From Penicillus capitatus (taxonomy: Eukaryota; Plantae; Chlorophyta), in assembly GCA_965649825.1 (NCBI GenBank), contig OZ287707.1:426292-490291 (forward strand): a stretch of DNA of 64,000 bases. The letters run 5' to 3'. Below, in pieces: positions 23,346 through 36,928 of this stretch. The stretch's first letter is position 1; each line of letters opens with the position of its first letter. The translations under genes were made by a program, and so were the position numbers. The notes under the pieces were generated by a model. That model was not told where the DNA came from, searched no databases, and worked only from the letters and a program-made list of their open reading frames with translations.

Positions 23346-23452
23346 GTGTATAGACAAGTTCGCAGCTGTTGGAGGCTAAGGTTAGGAATCCTTGACCATT
23401 AGGGGTATTTAAATAGGACTTCCGACCTTTGATCAATCTCGTATCCCTGGGG

Positions 23453-23534
23453 CTGACATTCGAGTGCGTTTTAACGTCGTCGTTCGCGCGTTTTTCGACT
23501 CTGAGTTTCTTCAAAGTGATCACATGATCCCGAC
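23453..23534 (-). repeat. ~82 bp dispersed repeat (partner of 10370-10450)
   Basis: Reverse complement aligns with 10370-10450. Confidence 0.9.
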
Positions 23535-23559
23535 ACAGACACTCTTTGAATACTAGGCA

Positions 23560-24450
23560 CGCTCCCATCCTCCCCGTTCACAGAAGTGCTGCATCTTGCA
23601 AACTTGGTAACATCCGAACAAGACGAAGAATTTCTTTTCAGGTCGGCACTCTTCCTCCTGGTTGGTGGATAGACAAAGCGTCTCGGCACCGGATAGCAAC
23701 AACGCCTCGAATCCGGCCGGCGTCAGCCATCGTTCATCAACTGCTTGCAGATTCGGTAGCGACGCCATCGGGCGTGACGGCGACAGGCGGACGGCATTAC
23801 AAACTGCGACTCAAGTACGGCCTTCTGGGCCGTCCGCCGTCCAATAACCCGGCTACCAAGTCGTAACAAGAAGTCCATCCTTTGTCTTGTCCTCCTTGCC
23901 GAACCTCTACTGATACAGTTGCAGGACACTTCGTTAGGATGCAGTACTAAAGTGTTTCGTGTTAAGATCTGTGGATCGATATTGAATCTGTTCAACTGCA
24001 GGCCACGAGAACAACGACTTTGTTCTCCGTGTCAGGAAAAAGAACGATGTTAGGTTGTCAGGCTATGCGTTGTTTGTTGCAATCTGTATGCTCATAGATC
24101 GTGATGGTGGCGGAGGTCAAGTGACAGTGGGCAATCAACTTCAGAGGCCGAATGTGCACAATTCAGCCGTATTAGCACCGAAGTCATTGCAGGATGCATC
24201 TCGGATCCAGTCAGGAGATGCGGGATTCGCTATACTCTTCTTAGGTTCAGCGGCAGATGCTTTCTCCCTTCTTGACAATTTAGAGATCAAGATAGACGGG
24301 TATCCAGGTAAGGATCGTCGAAGCCCTTAAAGCATCCAAGGAATGCAGATCGGATTGTAAGGGCGGCAGTTGAGCTAGCCAAACTCTGGAGAACAGACAA
24401 GTTCTTGCAAAGGCTTGATGTACGAATGAGTGTGGTGTCTTCCTTTGTCA
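23560..24450 (-). pseudogene. Possible decayed leucine-rich-repeat gene
   Basis: Stop-interrupted fragments with LRR-like spacing: SLCKNLSVLQSLASSTAALT, SLNCQEGRKHLPLNLRRV, LSLDLRHHHDL, LPNLQAVDERWLTPAGFEALL. Confidence 0.3.
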
Positions 24451-24550
24451 TCGACACTGTGTTCTAGGCTGCTATGATTGTTGCTGATGCAGATACCGCG
24501 CCGGAGATCACCGGCCGAGGCGACGTCTTAGAACCGCACGATCGAATTCT

Positions 24551-24830
24551 TGCGATTCGGAGATCCGTCGGGCCGTAAGGGCACTGTACACGTAGAGTCC
24601 CTTCTCTCCCGCCGTCGCCACGTACTTGCCATCGCGTGAGAACGTCGTTCCCCTTCCCACGATCTGTGCTCCGCCGTAGAAGACAGACATGACCTTGTAC
24701 AAATCCGCCTCGTTTTTCCGTCCGCTTTGCTCTCTGGCGACACCGACACGGACGCGATGTACGACAATTCAATCGGTGCTGAGATGAAGGGAATGGTGTC
24801 GGGTACGTCCAATGTAGCAGTCTTATCTCG
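24551..24830. repeat. Direct repeat copy 2: truncated WDR75 5' fragment (ATG at 24690, minus strand) plus promoter, ending one base before the SABRE ATG
   Basis: Aligns with 8030-8310; similarity stops exactly at 24830. Confidence 0.97.
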
Positions 24831-27800
24831 ATGGCGTACGTCTCGCTCCTGTTCTACCTCTTAGCCTTCATCTCGACGCTTTTGTTTTTGGGAAGGTGCG
24901 GCTGCTTGGCACCCTCGGAATGCACAGAGTAGTCGTGTGAATGGATTAGGTGCCTCGCTTATGGACTGGAGCGCTTGGTGCCGTTGTCTTTGCCTGGCTC
25001 TTGGGGCAAGATAGACATCCGAGTGCGTCCTGTGCAGCTTTTGAGGCTGCAGGGGCTACAGGTCACACTAGAAGAAAGTGTGATACGTGTGTTGGCATTG
25101 AAGGACATCTGTCTCTTCCGTGAACCGGAATGGTACCGGACGTGTGCTCGGTGGATCTTCGAGGGATCCTTTCCGATTGCTGTCCAAGGAATACATCTCA
25201 CACTTCGTGCGGACTGTCTTACACAAATGCTGTCTTCTGGACCTGCGATCGGCAAAGAACAACCGACAAAGAAAAAAAGAAAGCGAAGCATTAAGCTGTC
25301 GACCTGGGCATGGAAGATGCTCTTCCGTCTCCTGAGTCGTATTCTGGTGAACATCTCGGACGTTCAGATTGTCTTGGAGGTCTGTCATTTGATCGGGAGA
25401 GTGATATACCGAGAGATGAAGTGGTGCAGGATGCTGGTGTCAAAATGAAGCTTGAACATCTGGCAGTGTTGTTCAAGAGTGAAAAAAACATTCCATGTCG
25501 AGCTGCCCTCAAAGCCAAGAGCCTGACGATCGAAGTGGAGAAAGGACAGAACGAGGGAGATCAGGTCTTTCAGTGTTTTGATTTATCAGACATTGCTGCA
25601 ACGGCTGTTGTCAACTGTGAAAAGTGCGATTGTTGCTGTATGTCCCTTCACAACGTGACCCGTCTTGTTGATAGGAACTCGGGCCCTCGATTGGATTCGC
25701 TGAAAGTGGCATTGGGGACCATTCAAGCGACAATACATCAAGCACTACTTGAAGATGGAATCCGATGTCTGCAGTCTTTGCCCCAAAACATCGCCAGTCC
25801 CAAAGTCTCTTCGCCAAAAAGGCCAAACAAAAGAGCTACAGCATCCTTCCTTCCACGCAAGGTGATTGGTCTGATGTTGTTTGGTGCGTGTGGGATATGG
25901 TGTTGTGAAGATTGGATGTGGGATCCATAAGCTGAACGTCAGTTACCGAGATGCAGATGACGTCTCGGCATTAAACGCCTCCGTCTCACTGAGCCATTTG
26001 CATACAGGATTGGAGTCCGATACGGCTCTTGAGCACTGGAATGTCGAGGGCGGCATTCAGAGAATAGATGTCCGACTTGGTACTTCTCCGGAATCGACGG
26101 AGGCATTTCATTTGAAAATCCCAACAATACAAATGGATGGTCGTCTTGTGCGAGACCAGGAGAGACCGCAGCTTCAAGGAAAATTCGAAATGGGTGCCGT
26201 TCGAGCATCTGTTGACGACTGTTCGATATGGACATGGATTCGGTCTCTTCAGGATCGCATTGTCAGCTGGAAAGCGCTCGCACAGAGGCCAGAAGAGGTT
26301 TTGGAGGCAACCCCTGAGCCTTTTCAAAACACAAAGCCATCAAGAATTGATGCAGGAATCGAAACGGTATCATCGCATGAAGAGAGTGTATCAGACTCAA
26401 TGGATCTCGATCGCTCGCAACGAGGAGTTCTGGATTCTCGAGATATGGGTTTGATCGAGGAAGCAGAAGAGGAGGAGCCAATTGAAGAGGTCGTCATCCT
26501 GGAGCCGCCGCCTTCTCCAGATCCTAAACCAGATCTGATAACCAAGATGATCTGGGCAGATTGGGATCTGTCCTTCTTTATTCACGAGGGAGTGACAGTG
26601 ACTGTCATACACGAGTCGAAAGAATCCCTGTTGATGCAATTCAGCACAGAGAGAGTGAAGGGTCATGCCGAACTGCAAAAGGCCGCAGAGAAGGATGCAC
26701 ACGACTGTACAGTATCTGGCTCGATCCGGAACATCAAGCTTCAAGTCCCATCAAAACTGCTGCCGAAGAATGCAGAGCTCATGGCAGATGTTTTTACATT
26801 GAAGAGGATTGCGTGTTCGACACATGGGTTCTTCAAAGTCATCACAGCACATCATGAAATGAAGGGACAGACACCCTCCGTTCTTTGCCTTTCGTGTCAT
26901 GCCGCTGTTACAGACATTATCCTGTCCTTGGATGCAAAGAGATTGCGTCGGATGATGGAAACGGCCGCCAGTGTGCATCATCAGCTGCAAGACTACCGGA
27001 AAAGTCCATCTCCGAAACCGCAAAGCATGTATCCGTCGACAAAGAAAACAAAACCATTGACGGTTCAGTTTGAAAAATGGAGTGCCGAAGCAACAGGCAT
27101 CCGGGTTGTATATGATATGGAATTGAAGCCCGTTCAGAGGCACTGCCATGCTAATACACTGCCTTTCGAGTGCTCCTTGATGCTGCAACTTACTGGAATT
27201 GAGGCATCATCTCTGTCACGTTTCGGCGATTGTGAGATACATGTACGATCTCTCACAGCAGGATGGACGTCTCCTGAAGCTTCTCTATCTTTCCTCAGAA
27301 TGACGCAGTTGCATATGAGCCTGGAGAAGCAGCACTCCGTTTTATCGATGGGCATGCAGAGCGCATCGACACATGTGGAGGCAGAAGTGGATATTGCCAT
27401 TGTGGTGATGCAGTTGGTGGAGGATGCGACCCATCTGAAGAACAAGGCTCAAGATCTTTTTGATCTGAACAGTAGACAGGAAACACGGACGACCACTCCA
27501 AAAAGTGTATGCGCTGCATCCTCGACAACACCTGTGAAGGTCCGCGTTCCGAACTCAGCTCAGCGACTGATGCAGAATTTCCGGCCCGATATCCGTCTGG
27601 CAAAGCTCAACGCCAAGATCCGTGTGGCCGATTGCGACACACTGTCCATCGCTCTGGCCAAGGTGGCCATCCGTACAGAGAACACCCTTCCTCGTATTCA
27701 AATGGAGCACTTCAGTGTTGACATGAATCGTCAGAGAATTGCAGAGTGTTCCTATGTCAATCTAAGAATCGTGGGACCCTGTTACCTATCGGAGCTCACC

Positions 27801-30800
27801 CGTACTTCATCATTCGGTTCGCGACCGAGAAGGATGAAACAACATGTCCAGCATGACAACAGCCTCCATGTTGCTCTGGATACAGATGAGACCGAAGGCA
27901 ATGATCAGATGTGCAAGATTCCTGAGGGACGAGGGAGAGGAACTCAAATGCACCAGTGGAGAATGAAGGGATGTGCGTGTATGGGCATCGCCGAAAATGT
28001 GGAAGAAGATTACGTTGGCACAGGCAACGTTCTGGATTTCTTCTCTGTGGATATCGAAGTGGACACGGCATCTCTCATCGTGCCACACGACGAGCACATT
28101 GGACGACTCATTCTTTTCGCCGAGCTCTGGACAGAAGCGATCAAAGATTTGATAAAAGATAAGATGTCGGAAATCCACGCGTCGGTTGGGAAAGATGGAA
28201 AACCGAGTGGCGAAGAACAGTCATTGAAAGAAGGGCCTGCAGATTTGATCGAGATCCGCCTGTCTGCCAAACACGTTGTTTTTCGCCTGGATGCGCATCC
28301 AATGGAGGCATGGTTGAGCCTCCACCGTCAGCAGCTGACAGAGGCCGTGACCCTACGACACACATGGGAGAATTTTGTTCGAAACCTTCAGGAAGACTTT
28401 GACAGTCGAGCAGAGGCCATTGCCGCAACGCAATGGGTCGGGATGCCGTTTCTGAGTTCATCTGTTGTGTTCACGTGTGTTGTTGGGTAGGCGAGTCAGA
28501 CGGTCTTTTCGGAATACATTCAGTCCTGTCGGCATCTTCATCAGCAGCAGCGAGATCCTTTGTTTCATCAAGGAGCGTGGATGTGTATTGCGGCTGAGAA
28601 TGTCGACGGTTTGGTTCTGGTCGGAGACAGAAAGAGTCCTGCCATCGTCCAGTCCACGATTGAGAGGATCAAAGAGTTAGATCATCCGACGAGCGACGAG
28701 ATCACTTTTGCCCGTGTTCAACCGATCTATATCGCAGCCATTGCATCGAACATTCAGGGGCACTTTAATGGAGTGGAAAAGGTGGGATAAAGGCTTGTGA
28801 AGGCTCAATGCAAACAGAAGTGGTGTATTTAGTCATCCGCTGTGATCGAGAAAGTGGATTTTGGAGGCCTCATAGCAAGGGGAAGGCAGCTAACACATCA
28901 TCCAAAGACGTATATAGAGACCTACAAGGTAGGCAGATGGCATCATGTAAAAAAAGAGACGCCTCTCAAAGGTGATCCACCATCGCTGGCCACACCACGA
29001 GCAAGAAATTTCTTTCCTTCAGGGGCGCGACCACCCATGAAGGTGTACACAGACATGAAAGCTTTTGTAAAGAAACTCGATGCTAATGGCGGCATTGGTC
29101 TAGAACCCGTATTCTGCGAAGTAGCCGTCCACCATGAATGCCTGCCTTGCTGCATGTTTGTGTGTTAGCTCTCCAAGGCATTCAACAGATTGATCCCGCC
29201 ATCTCAAGTGAACAACGATGGAACGTTGCCGTCTTTCAGTGGTCATACTCTGCAATCGTGGGACAAGATACGCTACACATGGAGAGGAACGATGTCTGTA
29301 GAGATCCATCAGCTGGCTGCCGCCGTTGCTGCGGATACATCGAGCTTTGCAGATATCCAGACGCCGAGACTGGAACTGCAAGCCGATCGATTGGAAGCTA
29401 ATGTCATGGCAGGCGGCATCCAAGTCAATGCTGACGATTTGGCCATCACGCTGTTCAATCCTGGACTCAGGGCAGCACCCGAGGCACCATTACGTGACTT
29501 CCAGCTCTGCTCCTGGCCACACGCTTCGTTCAATATCCTGTACACGTGGCTGATGCCTCAGGAACGAAGCCCTTTGCTCCATCACGCCTTTCCAGTCGTG
29601 CACACTCCTGATCCGTTGATCCGACTGGATCCTGTCGATCTCTTTCAATTATTCGTCGGCGAGGGCTACACCCTTGAGATCCATGCAGATTTTGATCAAG
29701 ATCGTCTTCCTGAGGATCCAGTGCCCAAGATCATGTTAGGCGAAGAGCAGATCCGTTTCCTGGTTCGATTCTTTCAGTTCATGGAGAGTGCACCGACACG
29801 CATTCGCGGATGCTGGAAGAAAGGCACATACTATGTCAAGAAGGACAAGAGAAAGAAATGCATCACACCGGATCTTCCAAATCTCTTGCACAGGATTCGA
29901 ACATCCCTCAAGACGTCGAAGCTGGCTGTCGAACATCACGTCTGGGAATCGGAAGATCCATCGGATCGTTTACTCATCGCCTGTGACAATGTAACACATT
30001 CCTTTCAAGAAACACAAGAAGATGGGTAATGGCACATAGGTGAGTTTCAATGGCACTTGGGCATTTCTCAATAAGATCGAAGATGCCAATGCCTTACGCG
30101 AAGGTCGATTTGTCAAGGTATCACGCTATCAAGAAGTCGACGGCGTCTGGAGACAAGTCAAAGGGTAAGTGATCCCCGTCGTAATCGTATAGGACAAGAG
30201 ATGCCGATGGATGTTTCAGGAAGAATCAGCTTCCAGACATGGAGGATCTGGCCGTCGCTGCACAGAACGTCGAAGCCATTCTTCCCGAAACGCACACCGT
30301 GCATCCCATTCTCACAAGGTCTGTCTAATCTCCGTTGTCCGTTCTCCGCACAGGCGTTTAGGGAACCGCCGAGTGATGTCGATCTGGATCTGTTTCGGCT
30401 GTTGACATCTGACCTTATCAAATCTGAAGAACAGGAAGAGCTGAAACCACCCGATGGCACGAGAGGGCGCATTCTGACGGCAAAGACATTCAAGTTGAAG
30501 CAGCAGAGTCCACGGGCGAGACGCACGGCCACGAGTGCTGATCCAGATGAGCTGCAAGTCGTAATGCCGACTGGGGAGATCAAACGTCCGCTGCATATTC
30601 GACTGGCAGACGTAAAACTTATCATGCCACTGGAAGTGCGAAATGCCGTTATGGGTGTCTACACGCACATGCTCTCGGCCTTTACGGGTCCTCCTCGACC
30701 TGCCAGCTTCAAAGAGAAGATTGCGGACAGCATTCCGCCAGAGCAGCTGCAGGAACGACAGCAGAAGGAAGAAGACGCTCCAGGTTTCGCATCGAGCTAA

Positions 30801-33323
30801 CAGGAAGCGAATTTCCTTATCTTCTGTCCTGATCTCGTAGTGATCAAGTCCACCGACTCTCAACTCCTCAAACTACTGCTCGAGCAAAACGAACAGGGAA
30901 GGGGACCATCTCTTGATAACAAACGCAGTCCTTCTGTCGACGAACAGCACAAAGTGGATCCACTGCCCAAACGTCTCTCTCGTCATCTCCACGTCACTTG
31001 CCACTGGACAGAGCCTTGTGTAGAATCGAAGATGATCTTGCAGATGGAGTTCGACAATGTACAGCTCAGCTGTTTGTCGAGCGTCTCAATGGGCGGCGTG
31101 TTGGTCTGTCTCCAAAGCGGCGTGCTGCATGAGTACTTCAGCGAGGAAGAGCAGATTCGGACAATGACGCTGCAGTTGCGTCAGGTATGCCATTCGTTAT
31201 TTATGTTGGATCCTCTGTCATGTCTCTTCAGGTTCAAGCGTTTCACACGGATACTAAGATTGATCCCATGAATCCTGTTCGTTGGTTGGATCGCGTGAAT
31301 GGGGCGCTGGTGATTCCGTCTGATAGTCAACATATTCTGACGAGGATTCTTCAACCCTTTGAAGCAGAACTCTCTGATCTTCATCTCATGATGCTGGCTC
31401 AGGTCTGGCCACAGTCCCCATCAACAGACAATGGCTGAGTTTTGTGGTGATAGGCTCGCAACCCTGGTCGTGCTGCTGAGGAACTCAAAATTCATTCTTC
31501 TCGAATCGAAGCTCTGACAGACGCCGAACAGTTCGAGACACTGATCGATGTGATCAACAGTCTTGCCACGCCGCCACCTCCCGATATCAAACTGCTGCGT
31601 GACACCATTCTCGGGCCCACAGGTCTCGAAAGGAATCTGCTGCAGATCTTCTACAACAGAAGAGGCGTTTTCTGTCAGGTTCGGCATTGGAAGACACGAG
31701 CGAAGCCATTTCAGAAGCGAAGGATGCTCTTCGAGAGACCTACCGTGGATTCAATGATCTGAGACAGCAGGCATATGAACTCATGCTGATAGCGGCACCA
31801 GAGTTCGTTCAGCCCATTTCGTTCGAAGAGACGTCCCGTGTCAAGGCCATCGAGTTTCTCAGACAGGCTCCATCCAAGAAGACATCTGTTGGCTGCAGAA
31901 GACACATACCTTTCGTGCAAGATACTTTGGATGAGCAAATCGAAGTGGCAAGAAAGATCTGTTACCAAGCAACCTGTACATTGAGAGAGTTGAGTGGACA
32001 CGTTGCCGCAACAAACAAACACAAGAAGTTGTACAAATCTATGAAGACACAGCTCGCCATTGACAACGTTGCCTGGCGACTGGTGAACAAAGAAACCGAA
32101 TTCATGTTGGCTGAAATCAAACGTGTCCTCTGTAGAAGGTCTTCTCAGCTCTCCTCTCACACATTCTCACACATTTGTCATTGCACATAGTTTTCAGAAC
32201 AAAGATCTGTCGGGGGAATCCAGTCTTTCCGTCTATCGCATCGAATTGAGAGATGCGCGCAGCACAGTGGGTCCGGGATCTGGACTAGGTATGGCATCTT
32301 CCATTCCACATGACGTTGTATGAGAACGATGGCGCTGTAGATAGTGGTGTAGTGCTTTCTGTATTGGAGCCCACCGGTTCCGACGAAGAGGTGCTGAGAG
32401 GACTAGCCATCCGTGGCACTCAGACGTCTTCGCATGTCTACTACGATCACATCGAAGCGTGGGTGCATCGCTTTGGTCTCAATTTCAACGAAGCGATGGC
32501 CACTGAACTGGCCGGATTCTTCTTTCCTGGCACAGATGACGAGATCGTACGCAAGAGGGAAGAAGATTGGGCGCGATTTGGAGACAATCGCCGGGACATC
32601 GATCCCGAGTCTGAACCACCAGACAAAGGTGTCGATTTTCGGCCCCGGACTCACTTCCGAGTATCTTTGTCGACAGGTTTGCGACGAGAGTCCGGAACGC
32701 AGACGAGTCCCGAGTCGAGATCGAGAGCATCATCATTTCTGGAGCCGCTAGTCGTGAACACGACACCAGACCGATCGCATCGATTTGCATTCTCGAATGT
32801 CCCGGTCACACCTCCAGAGAAGGATCCACTGCATCTGAGCAATAGCTCAACGCCAGACAGAGCGAAAAAGAGACGCAAGAAGGGGCTGGTGAAACCGAGG
32901 AAGACTTTCTTTGTTCACGTCCGTTTCAACAAGATCGTGACACATATGACTTATGTGGGGCGTCCTTTCAGCTTCAAGGGACTGACCATTACTCTCGGAA
33001 TGTCGGAATATAATCATTTGGAGGGCAATTGGAGAGGTCTGTTCAAAAAATACCGCAATGGTGTCATCGGTTCGGTCATAAAGTCCATTGCAACACACGA
33101 GGGACGCTCATACGATCCAAGTCACGTTATCTTGGGCAATGCAAGCCGCGAAGAAAAGAAGAGTCCGGGCAGCAGACTTTTCAGAAGAGGCAAACAGCTG
33201 TTCAAGCGAAAAGAAAAGACATCCGACGAGCCTTCAGAGGAAGAAGATGAAGAACTGAATGTGGACGTGGTGGATGAGAAGGCTGAGCAAGCAGGACGCG
33301 ATTTACTGCTCGGGAAGATGTAA
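24831..33323 (+). CDS. SABRE: SABRE/KIP (BLTP2/Hobbit/FMP27-family) bridge-like lipid transfer protein, multi-exon
   Basis: ATG 24831 with N-terminal TM MAYVSLLFYLLAFISTLLFLG; intron 24896-24949; very long gene with LDAHPMEAWL, SWDKIRYTWRG (GFWDK-like region) and an Apt1-like C-terminus (VHVRFNKIVTHMTYVG...NWRGLFKKYRNGVIGSVIKSI); TAA at 33323. Confidence 0.85.
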
Positions 33324-33392
33324 TGCTGCAATGCATTGTTTGTGTAACCATTACACTCAAGTGCATTTCCATGATCCATAACGAACAGCGTC

Positions 33393-35064
33393 TTAGAGAC
33401 CGTTTTGTTGCTGGGGTATACGTTTCTCCATTCGCTCGGCAACGGACGGCTCTCGCTGACGTTTGAGCAAAGGGGCGTGAACAGATGCGCGACGTCGGTC
33501 CTGATGTGGAGCGCCAGTATGAGATGTTGCCAGCAATGCTTTGTGATAGTGGTGCACAATGAGGATTTGTGTGAGAAGTTGATGCATCTTCGAACGAAGG
33601 CGCTGTCTAGTTTTTCGGAGCTGATATTCGGATCGCTGAAAAGGGACCACATCGTCACCATAGTCTGCCTCCCATAAAACCAGAGGTATCTGCCATTCGA
33701 CAAAAGAGTGAGAAGAGTGAAAGGACAGATGATGGGTACCGCGGAAGTGGGTGCATAGTATGGCTTTGCTGGTGTCTTTTCGGTGTCGAGCAGGTCATCG
33801 ATGACTTCAGGAGATTCCAGATTTCGACCGATGAGCAACAATACCTCCATTATAAATCGCACCTGATGCCAGAGAAATGCTGTCCCCCTGAAAACGACAT
33901 CCACAGACTGAGATCTCGCGATTGATGCCACCAGTCGACACAAACTTTATGGTGAACACAAAGAAAGAATGATCAGGCAGGTGCAGATCGTCGATCGGAT
34001 CGATGCGAACGTCCAGAATTTCGCGTTCGTGATTCGAAGTCTGATCGAGATTCATCTTGCAGAAATTCTGAAAGTTATGCACGCCGAGGAATTTCTGACA
34101 GCATTCCTGCATGAGAGGAATATTGAGTCCTTCCATCGCATCCGTCACAATAAAATACTTGTACGTACGCGACAGTGGATTGTACCTAAAAGGCAACTGA
34201 ATCCAAACGAATCCCATCGTTTCGAGCCCGCACCTAGCACTGAATGTGGCATCGACAGGTGTCCATCCCCACACGCGAATCTCTGGCGGCAAAACAACAT
34301 TTAGCAGGGTTGGATAGTCCAGTTCCTCTTCTGTCGTTGCCTCCGGTTCATGCAATTTCATTTTCGATCGCACCATCAATGAGATGACCTGCCATTGCAG
34401 TCCTGTCGATCCTTATCGTTCGATCGACATCGATCTACCTGTCCCAGAGCACTCACACCCTTATCGGTGCGACCGCATTTACTATATAGAATCGCTCGTG
34501 AATTTGAGTATTCTTGCGGAATCAGTTTTGTTTGCTTTAATCCACGAATCAGCGCATTCTGTTATGCGAAATTGGAAGGGTATCTTGTTGGGTGACAGTA
34601 TTGGACTGACGGACCTCGATTGTCTTGCCGGTATCTTGTGAAGCGAATCCTTGATAATCCCAGCCGAGGTACAACACATGCAAGGCCACGAATCGCGTAC
34701 GATACTCTTCGTAGCAAAACGCCCGTCGCGCTTTCTTTTGAGATTTCTGGATTGCTTGGGCAACGGGAACGTTGTCGTTTGGGGGAAGCGATTCGATCTG
34801 GTCCTCCGTTTCGCAAACCTTTGCCAGGAAATGCAGTTTCTGAGCGAGTGCGAGTCGATCTAGAGGATCTCCTCTTTTTTCTGGGAAGAGCAATTCCTGC
34901 AGTCGGACGAAAAGCTCGTCCTTCTCATTGAGCGGCTGCATTTTGAGTAATCGCTTCAATCTCTCCTCTGCCTGTTCGCGCCTGTTTCGTAAACGATGTG
35001 GCGGCGCTCTGGGCACTGCTGTCGTTGCAAAAACAAAACGCGCACACGAGCGAAGAAGATACAT
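33393..35064 (-). CDS. PUS3: tRNA pseudouridine(38/39) synthase, TruA family
   Basis: RFVALHVLYLGWDYQGFASQ, CGRTDKGVSALGQ, SRTYKYF, HNFQNFCK, GTAFLWHQVR, KPYY; C-terminal H.PLLKR.REPSV.ER. Confidence 0.9.
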
Positions 35065-35126
35065 GATGGGACGTTTCTTAAGGACACCTTATCGCAAACA
35101 CGCGACCCGCATGCCACATCGCACAA

Positions 35127-35855
35127 ATGGAAATCACTGGTGTCGAAAACCGCCGCTGGAATGCACTGTTTCGTAGAGCAAGACGAGGCAGTGAAAGAAC
35201 GAGCGCAGCAGACGAAGCAGAGATCTCAACGACTTCCTCGACAGAACACCGTAACAACCGTGTTGAGACATCGGAGCACAGTTCTATCTCTCCGTCCAAG
35301 ACCCCCACGAGAATGGAGGGCACTCAAAGCACCGAATCGCTGTCGGAAGATGTCTCGTCTGTCGAAAAACGAATGTTGTGGAAGATTCGGCAGGTCACAC
35401 AAAAAGGACGACGACTGTGGAGCAATGACGGCGTGTGGCAAGCAATGGCATTCTGCGGCTTTGTGTGTCTTTGTGCAATTGTGGGTCTCTTTCTGCGTCA
35501 CATCACGTCGCCTCCGTCCCTCCACGTTCACCGCTTTCTGAGCACGCTTGATCTGGAGGAGTATTTTATGGACTTGAGTGAAATGGGTTATGATCATTTG
35601 GATGATCTTGTCTGGGCAGAGGAAGAGGATCTACTCGATGCTGGCATCTCGCTCAAAGCGCATCGCCGTCGCATTCTTCGCAGAACACAGATGATGCGAC
35701 GTGTTGATTATCCATGGATTCTCTGTTGCCTGTTAGCGCTTCCTCTACTGTGGATTCTCATGTCGGCAGCTTTCTTTGCGAGTCTCTTACGTTACGAGAC
35801 ATTCCGCAAAAAATGCAAAAGAGTGACTATCTGGCTCGGCATCACCCTCTGGTGA
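35127..35855 (+). CDS. Membrane protein with a SAM domain (3' end uncertain; probable intron at ~35853)
   Basis: FLSTLDLEEYFMDLSEMGYDHLDDLVWAEEEDLLDAGISLKAHRRRIL is a SAM pattern, flanked by hydrophobic segments. Confidence 0.7.
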   Translation: MEITGVENRRWNALFRRARRGSERTSAADEAEISTTSSTEHRNNRVETSEHSSISPSKTPTRMEGTQSTESLSEDVSSVEKRMLWKIRQVTQKGRRLWSNDGVWQAMAFCGFVCLCAIVGLFLRHITSPPSLHVHRFLSTLDLEEYFMDLSEMGYDHLDDLVWAEEEDLLDAGISLKAHRRRILRRTQMMRRVDYPWILCCLLALPLLWILMSAAFFASLLRYETFRKKCKRVTIWLGITLW

Positions 35856-36099
35856 GGATTTCAAAAGAGGCATCGCCCATTCTGATAGTGTGGTGTGGCG
35901 AAGGGGACGTGTGCTGGCGTATCAACGCGTTTGGAAAGAATTCGGTCAGAGGGAAGAGATCTCGGCACATACTGATTCTGATCATCGCTCCGAGGAATGA
36001 TCAGAAATCTCACGCGCCTTGTTTAGCTGTATCCAGAAAATTCGAGAGAAGGTGTGTAAACGCTGACAGAATCAAAATATCCAACCAGTCACACACTGT

Positions 36100-36928
36100 T
36101 CAAACCGAGCAAGTTGTATGGATGTGACAAACTTTGACGCCATCTCTTATTGTGACTGTACGCCAAGACGATGCTGATTTTTTAGACGGACCTGAGCCGT
36201 CGAGTGTATCTTTATAATCTTTAAGGCAAGAAAAGGCTTTGGTATGAGGGACAGAAGGTGTTGCCCATCCTGGCCATTCCGTGCCGTCCACGTCAGATTC
36301 GGCTGTGCTAACGCAAGCGGATTGACCAGAAGGGAAAGCGTGGGAATCCTTGTCCGATTGCGAGTGTCACAGACTGCAGAACACACACACTTAATGGATC
36401 GATAAAGCAACGCTCATGTCTGTCACTTCAGTGAGGTCTAAGTATCGGACAGTAGGAGGAAACGGCACTTCCGCGAGATCGATGCACTCATCCCATGACT
36501 TGATCTTGGGATTCGCCCATATCTCGAAGTCTTCCTCGATTGGGTGTTCAAACACACAGGAACAACGCATGCAGGGGAATTGCAGCTTGACAGAGACATT
36601 GCCTTGGATAAAGTAACCTCCTGAGCATCGCTGTGTCTCCAGAGTGACTGTGACAACCTCATGCAAACATCCCTGACGCAAAACTGTGTGGCAAGTGTCT
36701 GTATCGGTTACTGACTTCTTCATGGAATGGTGAAGTGTGGTCCTGGAACGATATGTTCTGTACCGTCTCGCAGATTTGGATATCTTTGGCACCATGATCC
36801 AGAAGGCCGCGTTGCAAACGCAATCCATTTCGCCGATGATGGCGGCGCCGTTTGGAATGAGATGAGGAGTTATTGTTTTTTCTAGCCGAACAGCAAATGG
36901 CCCTTCGATCAGTTTGTACACGGAACAT
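36100..36928 (-). CDS. DUF177/YceD-family protein, probably plastid-targeted (ends approximate)
   Basis: GGYFIQGNVSVKLQFPCMRCSCVFEHPIEEDFEIW...YLDLTE; basic, Ser-rich N-terminal exon. Confidence 0.65.

Noticed and set aside
8311-24550. Island as a Starship, giant endogenous virus or Polinton
   Set aside because: No tyrosine recombinase, capsid, packaging ATPase or DNA polymerase motif was recognisable; cannot be supported from this window.
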